The notes under the pieces are model-generated. The model had not been told where the DNA came from and did not search any database. It saw only the letters and a program-made list of their open reading frames with translations. A stretch of 53,642 nt of DNA from Jatrophihabitantaceae bacterium (GTDB lineage Bacteria; Actinomycetota; Actinomycetes; Mycobacteriales; Jatrophihabitantaceae), in the NCBI GenBank assembly GCA_036833255.1, contig DAITQD010000001.1, positions 1 through 53,642 on the forward strand, given 5' to 3'. A program made the position numbers and the translations under genes. Numbering within the stretch: position 1 is the first letter of the stretch; each line of letters begins with the position of its first letter. Of this stretch, positions 15,373 through 24,413 are shown in pieces.

Positions 15373-16559
15373 CCGTCTTCACGCTCGGCCCGCCGGTGAT
15401 CTCGGGTGTGGACGCGGTGCTGCGAGCGCTGACGACCGAGGCGCTCAAGGGGCTGGCCACTCCGCTCGGGGTCGTCGTGGGCCCGCTCGACCGGCCGGTG
15501 GCCGGGCCGCGCCTGAACTGGTTCCTGTACGCGGTGACGCCGGCCACGGCGATGGTGAACATGGAGCCGCCACAGACCGGCTGGACCACCCGCCGGGGAC
15601 GCCCGCCGCTCGCCCTCACGCTGCACTACCTGCTCACGGCCGACGCCGGCGAGCTGTCCGACACCGGCACCGAGGACGACGTGGTGCACGCCGGCCTGTC
15701 GGCGGTGATGGCGGCGCTGCACGACAACGGGATCTTCGGGGCGGCCTCGCCGATCGCGTCCGGACCGCCCCGCACCGTGGCCGACGTGACCGATGCCCTC
15801 GACGGGCTGGTCGAACCGCTGCGGATCACCCTGGAAGCGGTACCGCTGGAGACGATCACCGCGCTGTGGAACTCCGGCTCGCACGCGCTGCGCGTGTCCG
15901 TGGGCTACCAGATCAGCCTGGTGATCGTCCCGGCCCAGGTCCCCTACGTGGCCGGGCCGCCGGTGCAGGTGCGGCGGGTCGGGGTGTCGCCGGCCCTCCT
16001 CCCCGTGGTCACGTCCGTCCGGCCCACCACCGTCTCCTTCGACGACGCGCTGACCGTCGCCGCCACCGGGCTGGCCGACTCGCACGTGGTCACCCTCGGC
16101 CGGCTGCCCGGCGATCCGGACGACCCGACCGACGGGCGGCCCAACCCGGCCACCACCCACAGCACCGGCCCGTGGCAGCTGGCCGCCATCGCAGGAGCGG
16201 GCGGGTTCACGACCCACCTGCCCAACGGCGAGCTGGCCCCGGGGCGGCGGCCACTGGTCATCACCAACCTCGCGGACGGCCTGCCGGCCGGCAGCGGGCA
16301 CGCCGTGGTCACCGTCGTTCCGCTCGTCGTCGCGGCAGGCGCTCCGCTGCAGGCCGGCGCCACGACCACCCTGACGGTCCGTCACGTCGTCGGGCTGGGC
16401 GAGGCGTTCTTCGGCGCGCAGGCCGCACCGTATGCCATCAGCGGACCGTCGTCGGTGACTGCGGTGGTGCCCGCGCTGCCGGCCAGCGGGACCGTCCCGG
16501 TGAGCCTGCGGGTCGGGACGAAATCGGGTCCGGCCACTGACCTGGCGGTGGCCCCGTGA
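15369..16559 (+). CDS. DUF4255 (Pvc16/Afp16-like) tail terminator/cap protein with a C-terminal extension
   Basis: The N-terminal part VDAVLRALTTEALKGL...PRLNWFLYAVTPA...PPLALTLHYLLTA fits the DUF4255 pattern. The C-terminal ~200 aa are beta-rich and Ig/IPT-like (…VTSVRPTTVSFDDALTVAATGL…, …SVTAVVPALPASGTVPVSLRV…). Confidence 0.8.
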   Translation: MTVFTLGPPVISGVDAVLRALTTEALKGLATPLGVVVGPLDRPVAGPRLNWFLYAVTPATAMVNMEPPQTGWTTRRGRPPLALTLHYLLTADAGELSDTGTEDDVVHAGLSAVMAALHDNGIFGAASPIASGPPRTVADVTDALDGLVEPLRITLEAVPLETITALWNSGSHALRVSVGYQISLVIVPAQVPYVAGPPVQVRRVGVSPALLPVVTSVRPTTVSFDDALTVAATGLADSHVVTLGRLPGDPDDPTDGRPNPATTHSTGPWQLAAIAGAGGFTTHLPNGELAPGRRPLVITNLADGLPAGSGHAVVTVVPLVVAAGAPLQAGATTTLTVRHVVGLGEAFFGAQAAPYAISGPSSVTAVVPALPASGTVPVSLRVGTKSGPATDLAVAP

Positions 16560-18460
16560 CCGCCGCTCGATCGGTGACCCCGGCGCCTGCCATCGGCGCG
16601 GGGTTGACCGACCCGCGGCTGCTGGCCTGGCGCGCCCTGCTGGCCGACGCCAGTGCCACCGCGCTGCGGACCTATCAGCGGGCCTGGAGCGAGGCCGAGT
16701 TGGACGAGCCCGGCCGCGTCGTCGCGGCGATCGGCGCGCTCGACACCCATCCCGGGCACCTGAGCGGCTGGCGTCTGGTGTTGCCGGAGGACGGGACGTT
16801 CGCGACCGTGGTCGCGGCGGCCGGCCTGCAACCGGGTGAGGAGGCCGTGCTCGCCGCAGCCTGGTGGGCGGGTGTCGACCCGCATCTGGCCGTGGCCTTC
16901 GGCTGCCTGCACGACGACCCGTCGCGCCGGTACGCGTCGCTCGGGCTGCTCGCGTTGTCGCTGGCCCCGTTCGGCATCCCGGTGCCGCTGGCGATCGCCG
17001 CCGACCATCGCCTGGTCGGCTCCGGACTGCTCGACCTCGTTGCCGACGCGGCCACGCCCCTGCGCCTGCCGCCCAGCACCGCAGCCCTGCTGGCCGGGCC
17101 GCGGGCCGACCCGCCGCCGGAGAGCAGCCTGCCGGCGCGGCTGGCCGGTCCAGTCGACCGCGCGGTCGCGCTCATCCGCCTCGACGCCCGCGTGCTGGTG
17201 CGCAGCCCGCTGCCGGTCGACCTCCCGCTCGTGCTCGACGCGGTCGCGGCCCGGCTGGGGCTGCCGGTGGCCCCCGAGCCTAAGAGCACCGCTCTCGCGC
17301 GCACCCTGCTCCAGGCCGGGATCGAACTGCCCGCCGTCGCCCTGGCCGTCGGGGTCACCCTGCCGGCCGGCGCGGTGCTGGCGGTGGCCGGACCGCAGAC
17401 CGCCGCAAATCCCGGCTGGCATGTCCTCGATGTCGTCCCGCCCACACTCGAGGAGGCTCGACGCTATTGGCGAAAAGCCTTACGGGGTCGGGCAATTCGC
17501 GCAACCGGGAGCGAGATCGTCGAGCTGGCCGGACGCCTGCCGCTGTCCGAGTCGAGCATCGAGGTCATCCTCGACACCGCCGCGACGGCCGCCCGGGCCG
17601 AGGGTCGCGTGGCCACCGTCCGCGACGTAGGCGCAACCCTGCGGGCCCATCCCCGCCACGACCTGGCCGGATTCGCGCGACGGCTGCCCCCCGCGGTGCG
17701 CCTCGACGAGCTGGTGCTGAGTGACTACACGCGAAGCGGGCTGAGTGAGCTGCTCGCCCACGCCCGCTACTCGACCGCGGCCGGGGCGGAGCTCGGCCTC
17801 ACCGGCGTGCGCGGCCAGGCCGTGATCGCCTTGTTCCACGGGGCATCCGGCACCGGCAAGACCGCGGCCGCCGAAGCGGTCGCCGCCGAGCTGGACCGCG
17901 ACCTGTGGGTGGTCGACCTGGCCCGCGTCGTCAGCAAGTGGCTGGGCGAGACGCAGCGCAACCTGGACGCCGTGCTCACCGAGGCGGCCCAGGCCGGTGC
18001 CGTCCTGCTGTTCGACGAGGCCGACGGCCTGTTCGGCAAGCGCGGCGAGGTGGCCGATGCGCGCGACCGCTACGCCAATCTGGAGATCGATCACCTCCTG
18101 CAGCGGATCGAACTGCATTCGGGCGTGGTGGTGCTGACCAGCAACCGGCCAGCCGCGCTGGACGAGGCCTTCGCCCGGCGCATCCGGATCTCGGTCCGCT
18201 TCGACCTGCCCGACCACGCGCAGCGCGAACAGTTGTGGCGCCGGCTGCTGCCATCGGCCCGGCTGGCCGACGGGGTGGACACCGATCGCCCGGCCCGCGA
18301 GGAGCTGTCGGGTGCGGCGATCCGGTCGGCGGCCCACGCCGCGTGCGTGCTGGCGATCGACCAGGGCGGCGGGGTCACCGAGGCCCACCTCGCCGCCGCC
18401 GTCGGCCGCGAGCTGGAGAAGCAGAAGCGTCCACCGACCGCCCGGGGAGCCCAGCGATGA
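16556..18460 (+). CDS. AAA+ ATPase (Afp15-like eCIS assembly ATPase)
   Basis: Walker A GASGTGKT, Walker B VLLFDEAD, and ...LLQRIELHSGVVVLTSNRPAALDEAFARRI. It has a ~380-aa uncharacterised N-terminal region. Confidence 0.9.
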   Translation: MTAARSVTPAPAIGAGLTDPRLLAWRALLADASATALRTYQRAWSEAELDEPGRVVAAIGALDTHPGHLSGWRLVLPEDGTFATVVAAAGLQPGEEAVLAAAWWAGVDPHLAVAFGCLHDDPSRRYASLGLLALSLAPFGIPVPLAIAADHRLVGSGLLDLVADAATPLRLPPSTAALLAGPRADPPPESSLPARLAGPVDRAVALIRLDARVLVRSPLPVDLPLVLDAVAARLGLPVAPEPKSTALARTLLQAGIELPAVALAVGVTLPAGAVLAVAGPQTAANPGWHVLDVVPPTLEEARRYWRKALRGRAIRATGSEIVELAGRLPLSESSIEVILDTAATAARAEGRVATVRDVGATLRAHPRHDLAGFARRLPPAVRLDELVLSDYTRSGLSELLAHARYSTAAGAELGLTGVRGQAVIALFHGASGTGKTAAAEAVAAELDRDLWVVDLARVVSKWLGETQRNLDAVLTEAAQAGAVLLFDEADGLFGKRGEVADARDRYANLEIDHLLQRIELHSGVVVLTSNRPAALDEAFARRIRISVRFDLPDHAQREQLWRRLLPSARLADGVDTDRPAREELSGAAIRSAAHAACVLAIDQGGGVTEAHLAAAVGRELEKQKRPPTARGAQR

Positions 18461-18630
18461 CCGAGCAGCCCGATCTCGAGGTATACGTCGACGCGCTGCC
18501 GTCGGTGGGCCTGCTCCGGCCGGCCATCGAGGCAGCGCTCGCCGGGCGGGCCTGGGCCCCCGGCCCGGAGGCCGATGTCGCCCGGGCCGTCGCGGCCGCC
18601 GCCCGACCCGCGGGTGGTGAGGGCCGATGA
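18457..18630 (+). CDS. Small hypothetical protein (57 aa), translationally coupled on both sides
   Basis: An ATGA overlap at each end gives MTEQPDLEVYVDALPSVGLLRPAIEAALAGRAW... No family is recognised. Confidence 0.4.
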   Translation: MTEQPDLEVYVDALPSVGLLRPAIEAALAGRAWAPGPEADVARAVAAAARPAGGEGR

Positions 18631-19268
18631 TCGCGCGCGGAATGCTGTTGTCGTTCTCGGACCCGACGGCGGGGTTGGTGCCGACGATGGTGCCGTTCCA
18701 GTACAACCCGGCCGAGGTCACGCGCGTGCTGCGAGTGGTGCCGGGGCAGCCGGGCGGTCCCGGCTTGCGGGTCGGGGCAGCGCCCACCGAGACGTATACG
18801 CTAAAAATCGAACTGGATGCGCTCGGGGCGCCGGACAAGGCCCTGACGCGGGCCATGGGTGTCGGGCCGTTGCTGGCCACCCTGGAGGCGATGATGGAGC
18901 CCGCCGGCCGCTCGGGCCTGCTCGGCGCGCTGGTGGGAGCGGTCACGGCCGCCGTCAGCCTGGGCGGCGCGAGCCTCGGGGGAGCGGTGGCGCCCGTGCC
19001 CGCACCCTCGTTGCCGCTGGTCGTGCTGGCCTGGAGCCCCGAGCGGATCGTGCCCGTCCGCATCGAGTCCTACTCCGCGCACGAGACCGGGTTCGACGAG
19101 TTGTTGCAGCCTGTCCAGGCCACGGTGGACCTGTCGCTGGTCGTGCTGCGGGACACCGATCTGGCCGCCGACCTGGTCCTGGCCCGGGTGCTCGCGAACG
19201 CCTACCAGGCCGCCCGCAGCGCGCTCGCGGTCGTCGGGGTCGCACAGGGCGTCGAGGTGATGTCGTGA
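18627..19268 (+). CDS. CIS tube-like / tube-initiator family protein
   Basis: MIARGMLLSFSDPTAGLVPTMVPFQYNPAEVTRV...ETYTLKIELDA carries the conserved FxxNP N-terminal motif of CIS tube-domain baseplate proteins. Confidence 0.65.
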   Translation: MIARGMLLSFSDPTAGLVPTMVPFQYNPAEVTRVLRVVPGQPGGPGLRVGAAPTETYTLKIELDALGAPDKALTRAMGVGPLLATLEAMMEPAGRSGLLGALVGAVTAAVSLGGASLGGAVAPVPAPSLPLVVLAWSPERIVPVRIESYSAHETGFDELLQPVQATVDLSLVVLRDTDLAADLVLARVLANAYQAARSALAVVGVAQGVEVMS

Positions 19269-19528
19269 CCGGCCGCTATGACGCTCAGGCGCAGCTGGCC
19301 GTGCCGCAGGACGACGGCACGAGCCGGCCGATGTCGACGCCTCGCGTCAGCGTCGCCCCGCCGCCGGCCGTGCTGTACCAGGTGCACGAGGGCGATCGGC
19401 TCGACCTGCTGGCCGCGGCGGCGCTGGCCGACAGCACGCGCTGGTGGTCGATCGCCGATGCCAACCCGCCGGCCGACGCGTTCGCGCTGGAGACGCCGGG
19501 CACGATCCTCGAGGTGCCCAATGCCTGA
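19265..19528 (+). CDS. LysM-like / phage tail protein X-like small protein
   Basis: GTG at 19265 overlaps the previous stop. ...YQVHEGDRLDLLAAAALADSTRWWSIADANP...PGTILEVP has a LysM/gpX-like pattern. Confidence 0.65.
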   Translation: MTGRYDAQAQLAVPQDDGTSRPMSTPRVSVAPPPAVLYQVHEGDRLDLLAAAALADSTRWWSIADANPPADAFALETPGTILEVPNA

Positions 19529-20630
19529 CACCCGCACCGTCGTCACCGTCCAGGGCCGGCCGCTGTCGGCCGACGAGCTGTTCCGCGTGCAGTCGGTGCA
19601 CGTGGAGGAGGCGCTCGGCAGCCAGGACAAGGTGTCCATCGTGATCGCGATGGTGACCGACAATCGCAGCGGGTGGACCAGCCCGCTCGACGGCCTGGTC
19701 GGCGCGGCCCAGCCGTTCACCGTGAGCATCCAACGCGACCGCGGGAGCTACTCCATCGACGCCCGCAGCGTCAGCGCCAGCTGGCACCTCGTCGCCGGTG
19801 GCCTGTCGACGCTGACGATCGAGGGCCTGGACCGCAGCGTCGAGATGGACCGCCGCGACGTGCGCCAGCTGTGGCAGGACACGACGGACTCGGCGATCGC
19901 CAGCACGCTGTTCGCGCGCTACGGGCTGGCCTACCTGGTCGGTGACACCCCGACCGGCACCGATTCGGGCGTGTACTCGCCCCAGCAGACCGGCACCGAC
20001 TGGGCGTTTCTCCAGTCGCTGGCCGACCGCAACGGCTTCGACGTGCGGATCGAGTCGGCGAACGGCACGGCGACCGGCGTCTTCGCGAAGGTGGAGCCGA
20101 AAGCGCCCGCGCAGACGACCATCGAGCTGGGCTACGGGACGCTGGGCGGGACGGCCACCGCATCGGTGCAGCTGCTGGCCAGCAAGGAAGTCCACGTGAC
20201 CCGGTCGATCACCGGCACGACGCAGGTCGACTCGGCCAGCGACCCCGGCACCGGCCACGCGATGGCCGAGGTGTCCCTCGGCGGGGCGACGCTGGCCCGG
20301 ACCAACATCGCCGGCGACGTCGCCATCGTCAGCGCCCAGACATCCGCGACCGCGATGGCCGAGCGCAGTGCGTTCACGGCCAGCCTCAACGCCACGCTCT
20401 CGGCGCCGGACATGCCGCTGGTGCGGGCCCGCCGGACCATCACGGTGCGCGGGCTGGGCACCGTGCTGGACGGGCTGTGGCTGGTGCGCTCGGTCACCCA
20501 CCAGATCACCCAGGCCGGTCATACCCAGGCGCTGGCCCTGACCCGAAACGCCCTCGGCCCGGGCGGCGGCGGCTCGCCGGCGGCGTCGTTGGCGGCCGCC
20601 GTCGGAGCGACGCTGGGAGCAGCCCTATGA
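19521..20630 (+). CDS. Phage late control gene D (gpD)-like baseplate hub protein
   Basis: The internal ATG at 19521 gives MPDTRTVVTVQGRPLSADELFRVQSVHVEEALG...TDWAFLQSLADRNGFDVRIE...ITVRGLGTVLDGLWLVRSVTHQI, a gpD family pattern. Confidence 0.85.
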   Translation: MPDTRTVVTVQGRPLSADELFRVQSVHVEEALGSQDKVSIVIAMVTDNRSGWTSPLDGLVGAAQPFTVSIQRDRGSYSIDARSVSASWHLVAGGLSTLTIEGLDRSVEMDRRDVRQLWQDTTDSAIASTLFARYGLAYLVGDTPTGTDSGVYSPQQTGTDWAFLQSLADRNGFDVRIESANGTATGVFAKVEPKAPAQTTIELGYGTLGGTATASVQLLASKEVHVTRSITGTTQVDSASDPGTGHAMAEVSLGGATLARTNIAGDVAIVSAQTSATAMAERSAFTASLNATLSAPDMPLVRARRTITVRGLGTVLDGLWLVRSVTHQITQAGHTQALALTRNALGPGGGGSPAASLAAAVGATLGAAL

Positions 20631-21127
20631 CCGGTGTCATCGGCTCGGCCACCCAGTTCGTCGGGCTGTTCCAGGGCACGGTCGTCGACAACGACGACCC
20701 CGAGCACAAGTGCCGGATCAAGGTCTCGGTTCCCGAGGTTCTCGACGGGGCCGGCGGTTGGTGCCTGCCGGCGCTGCCCTACGCCGGGGACGGCTGCGGG
20801 TTCGCGGTCGTGCCGCCCGTCGGCGCCGCGGTGATGGTGCAGTGGCCGCGCGGGGATCTCACCGGCGCCCCGGTCTGGTCCGGTGCGAACTACTCCGGCG
20901 GGGCCTCGGTCGAGGGCGCCGGACCGAACACCCTGATCGTGCTCACGCCCGGCGGTCATCGGCTGGAGCTGTCCGACGACGCCGGCGCGCTGACGATCAC
21001 CTGTTCGGCCGGTCCGGTGATCACGCTCGATGACAGCGGCGTGAGCATCGACAACAACCAGGGCGCGACGATCGCCATGCAGGGCAACCAGGTGGACATC
21101 AACAACGGCGCCCTGGTGGTGAGCTGA
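20627..21127 (+). CDS. Baseplate assembly protein V / gp5-VgrG-like spike
   Basis: GLFQGTVVDNDDPEHKCRIKVSVPEVLDGAGGWCLPALPYAG...PPVGAAVMVQW is an OB-fold spike motif. The C-terminal part is a beta-helical repeat. Confidence 0.85.
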   Translation: MTGVIGSATQFVGLFQGTVVDNDDPEHKCRIKVSVPEVLDGAGGWCLPALPYAGDGCGFAVVPPVGAAVMVQWPRGDLTGAPVWSGANYSGGASVEGAGPNTLIVLTPGGHRLELSDDAGALTITCSAGPVITLDDSGVSIDNNQGATIAMQGNQVDINNGALVVS

Positions 21128-21128
21128 G

Positions 21129-21461
21129 GTGCTCGGCTACGTGCTCACCGAGGCGACGGTGGCGACCTGCCCGCACGGCGGATCGATCACCTTCAGCGCC
21201 TCGCAGGACTCCGTCGAGGTCGAGTCGTCGCTTGTGCTGCTGCTCGACGACAACGCGGTGATCAGCGGCTGCCCGTTCAACGTCAGCGGTTCACCCAGCC
21301 CGTGCACGGACATCGAGTGGCTGCTCACGAGCACCCGGTTGAAGATCGAGAACAGCGAGGTGCTGCTGGACACCAGCCTCGGACTCTGCCTCAACGCCGC
21401 CTCCGCCCCCCAGGGAGCGGTGCAGATCACCAGCTGTCAGAGCCGGGTGCAGGCCGCATGA
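21129..21461 (+). CDS. PAAR-like / DUF4280-like spike-tip protein
   Basis: 110 aa, Cys-containing (CPHGG...GCPF...PC...). It directly follows the spike gene. Confidence 0.65.
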   Translation: MLGYVLTEATVATCPHGGSITFSASQDSVEVESSLVLLLDDNAVISGCPFNVSGSPSPCTDIEWLLTSTRLKIENSEVLLDTSLGLCLNAASAPQGAVQITSCQSRVQAA

Positions 21462-21525
21462 ACCGCACCCCACGAAACTGCTGCGCAGAGAGCGCTCCGC
21501 ACTTCCGCGGGAACTCCGCATGAGC
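21459..21525 (+). repeat. Conserved intra-operon intergenic element, copy B
   Basis: It fills the whole gap between the PAAR-like stop and the gp25-like ATG. See copy A at 14530-14593. Confidence 0.6.
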
Positions 21526-21903
21526 AGCGGGCGTCGCTTTCCGCGCGAGCCGTGGTCACTCGGCGGCTCGCACCGGTTGGCCACCGGCACGCCCTTGGAA
21601 CACCTCGACGACCTGGTGCGGCTGGTGGTCCTGACCGGCCCCAACGAGCGGCTGCACCGCTCCGGCTTCGGCGCCGGGCTGGGGGCCTCGACGCTGTTCG
21701 AGCCGGTGTCGCCCGCGCTGGCCGGCACCGTCAGCGCCCGCGCCCGCGGCAGCCTCAACGACGCGCTGGGTGACCGGCTCGACGTCATCGACGTAAGCGT
21801 GGAGGCGGCGGACTCGACGCTGTCGGCCACCATCGTCTACCGGCCCAAGCCGGCCGGCGACACCCGGACCGTCACCCTCACCCTGCCGGCGGCGGCGCTG
21901 TGA
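21520..21903 (+). CDS. GPW/gp25-family baseplate wedge protein
   Basis: ...HLDDLVRLVVLTGPNERLHRSGFGAGL...IDVSVEAADSTLSATIVY is typical of gp25-like lysozyme-fold wedge proteins. Confidence 0.85.
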   Translation: MSSGRRFPREPWSLGGSHRLATGTPLEHLDDLVRLVVLTGPNERLHRSGFGAGLGASTLFEPVSPALAGTVSARARGSLNDALGDRLDVIDVSVEAADSTLSATIVYRPKPAGDTRTVTLTLPAAAL

Positions 21904-24413
21904 CCGGGCCGTTCGACGCGTACACGCTGCCGGAACAACCGGTGGCCAGCGCGGTGCTGCGACCCCAGGCCCTGTTCGCCGCACCGTCGACGGTCATCGG
22001 ACTGCGGGCCGGCAGCGTGGTCTACGACGGGCTCACCCGCACGCTGTCGGTGTGGCTCTACGGTGATCCGCCGGCCGGGCTGGTCGATCCCACCCTGTGG
22101 TCACTCACCGGCGCGCCGGGACTGCCACTCGCGCAGCTCACCACCGCGGCGACGATCGTCGCCGCGGGCCTCGACCCTGACGGCAACCCCGTGCCGTCCC
22201 ACGTCGATCTCGTGGTCACCACCCCATCCGGCGCGCTCCCCGGCCGCGCCCCGTACCGCCTGGGCATCGACCCGGTCGGCCTGGCCGCGCTGGGCATCGA
22301 GCTCGATCCCCTGCGCGCCTACCTGCCGGTGCGGTTGCGTCCGGAGTGCGGGGACGCGCCGGACTGCGTGCTCGTCCCACCGGCGATCCCGCCGCTGACG
22401 CCGCCGGACTACGACACGCTGGCGCGCGACTACACCGGCCTGCGGGCGATGCTGCTCGACGTCCTGGCCACGCTGGACCCGAGCGCCGAGACGTCCGCGG
22501 CCGACCTCACGGTCACCCTCCTCGAGGTGATGGCCCAGCTGGGCGACGTGCTCAACTACCGCCTGGACCGGGTGTCGACCGAGGCCTGGCTGGGCACGGC
22601 TCGGCGCCGGGCGACCGTGACCCGGCACGCCCGGCTGGTCGACTTTCCCGTGCCGCCGGCCATCAGCGCGGCCAGCGTCGTGCAGGTCCAGGTGGCCCAT
22701 CCGGGTGCAGGCCCGGTCGACGCCAGTTTCGTCGTGCTGCCCGGCGACACGGCCACCGACTCCGTCGCCGATCCCGACACCGACCCCGCCGCGAACAACG
22801 TCACCCTGGAGCTGGCCGCGCCGGTCACAGTCCGGGCCACGCACGCCGAAGTCGCGCTGTACGGCTGGACCGAGGCTGACGCGGCGCTGCCGACGGGAGC
22901 CACGAGCGCGGTGCTGGTGCGACCGACCGCCGCCGACGGCGTGGCCCTGGCCGACTGGCTCCCGGTCGGCGGCCGGCTCGGCTTCGAGGTCGTCGCACCG
23001 GGCCCGGCCGGCCAGCACGCGCAGTGGGCCCACCGCCTGCTGGACTGGCCGCCGGCCCCCGCGCCGTCGCAGCTCCGCGCGCCGCTGGACAGCCACCCGG
23101 CCCAGGTCGTCCAGGTCACCCATGCCGTCGAGATCACCGATCCGCTCTCGCCCGGCCTGCCGCTCGTGCGCGTGTTCTGGGGCGAGGACGAGGCGTTGAC
23201 CGCGGTCGTGCCGGTGAGCATCGACAGCAGTGGCGGTACCCCGCGAGTCGGCGTGGCCCGGCTCGCGCTCGTCCCGGGGCACCACGGCCTGTGCGTCGAC
23301 GGGCCGGCGGCGGTGACGCCCTTCGAGCCGCTCACGAGTTCTGCGCCCGACCCGGCCGAGGTCGCCGTCACCGACTACTGGCTGACCCGAGCCGCGACGC
23401 TCGGCCTGTCGGCCCGGCCCGGGGGAGCGCCCTGGCAACTGGACACCGCCATCGTGCTGCCCAGCGGCGTCTCCGTCGGTGCGCCACGAGTGACCAGCCT
23501 GCTGCGCGCGCCCAGCGACGGCTTCAGCGTCGTCGTCGATCACGACGACGACGATCCGCCCCGGCTGCGCTTCGCCACCGGTGCGGTCGGGCAGGCGCCG
23601 CCGGTGCAGTCCGTCGTGGCCGCGCGCTACCAGATCGGCGCCGGCCCCGAGGGCAACATCGCGGCCAACAGTCTGACCCGGCTGGTGCGGACCACCGGCT
23701 CGCCCGGGCAGCCGTGCACCTGGCTGGCGGCGGGCGACGGGGTCACCGCGCGCAACATCACGCCGGGCGTGGGCGGGCAGGCCGCGACGCCGCTCGACTC
23801 GGTGCGGCGGGACGCGCCGCAGGCCTATGCGGCCGTGTTGCGCCGCGCCGTGTTGATCAGCGACCTGCCGCCGTTCGCGCTGCAGGTGCCGGCGGTGCTC
23901 GCCGCGTCCGCGCGCCGCTCGTGGTCGGGGTCGTGGCCGGTGGGGCTGGTCAGCTGCGAATCCTCCAGCGGCACCGACGACCCGGACCAGGACGCGGCCT
24001 TGCAGTCGGTCCTGGACGCCGTCCGGATGGCCGGCACCGAGGTCGTCACCCAGCCGGCGACGCCGATCGGGATCTTCCTCGCGCTGACGGTCTGCCTCAC
24101 GCCGGGCACCGACTCGGCGCTGGCCCGGGTGACGATCCTCGGTGGGCTGCGCCCCGGACGGGCGACGGCGGTGTTCGCACCGGCCACCCACCCGCTGGGC
24201 ACGTCGCTGTACCTGTCGACGGTCGTGGCCGCAGTCGCGGCTGTCCCGGGCGTCGACGCGGTGCGGGTCACCGAGGCGCGGCGGCTGTCCGAGCCGGCCG
24301 GGATGCGGCACGAGGTGCTGACGATGAGCCCGACCGAGATCGCCGTCTGTGACGACGACCGGGCCGCGCCCGACCGGGGCCGCATCGAGCTGTCCATCGA
24401 GGGGGGCCGATGA
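21900..24413 (+). CDS. Baseplate J/gp6-like baseplate protein (paralogue 1)
   Basis: 837 aa. ...ARYQIGAGPEGNIAANSLTRLV...NITPGVGGQAATPLDSVRRDAPQAY resembles the Baseplate_J C-terminal signature. Confidence 0.75.
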   Translation: MTGPFDAYTLPEQPVASAVLRPQALFAAPSTVIGLRAGSVVYDGLTRTLSVWLYGDPPAGLVDPTLWSLTGAPGLPLAQLTTAATIVAAGLDPDGNPVPSHVDLVVTTPSGALPGRAPYRLGIDPVGLAALGIELDPLRAYLPVRLRPECGDAPDCVLVPPAIPPLTPPDYDTLARDYTGLRAMLLDVLATLDPSAETSAADLTVTLLEVMAQLGDVLNYRLDRVSTEAWLGTARRRATVTRHARLVDFPVPPAISAASVVQVQVAHPGAGPVDASFVVLPGDTATDSVADPDTDPAANNVTLELAAPVTVRATHAEVALYGWTEADAALPTGATSAVLVRPTAADGVALADWLPVGGRLGFEVVAPGPAGQHAQWAHRLLDWPPAPAPSQLRAPLDSHPAQVVQVTHAVEITDPLSPGLPLVRVFWGEDEALTAVVPVSIDSSGGTPRVGVARLALVPGHHGLCVDGPAAVTPFEPLTSSAPDPAEVAVTDYWLTRAATLGLSARPGGAPWQLDTAIVLPSGVSVGAPRVTSLLRAPSDGFSVVVDHDDDDPPRLRFATGAVGQAPPVQSVVAARYQIGAGPEGNIAANSLTRLVRTTGSPGQPCTWLAAGDGVTARNITPGVGGQAATPLDSVRRDAPQAYAAVLRRAVLISDLPPFALQVPAVLAASARRSWSGSWPVGLVSCESSSGTDDPDQDAALQSVLDAVRMAGTEVVTQPATPIGIFLALTVCLTPGTDSALARVTILGGLRPGRATAVFAPATHPLGTSLYLSTVVAAVAAVPGVDAVRVTEARRLSEPAGMRHEVLTMSPTEIAVCDDDRAAPDRGRIELSIEGGR

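Noticed and set aside
22101-24311. Very long antisense ORFs opposite the eCIS genes. Examples: 22101..24311(-) 736 aa, 27043..29097(-) 684 aa, 28730..30385(-) 551 aa, 23825..25825(-) 666 aa, 11308..13185(-) 625 aa, 17480..19063(-) 527 aa, 8758..10281(-).
   Set aside because: They are extremely Arg/Gly/Pro/Asp-rich with no recognisable motifs. Each lies entirely opposite a strongly recognisable structural gene. Stop-free antisense frames like these are expected in ~70% GC DNA.
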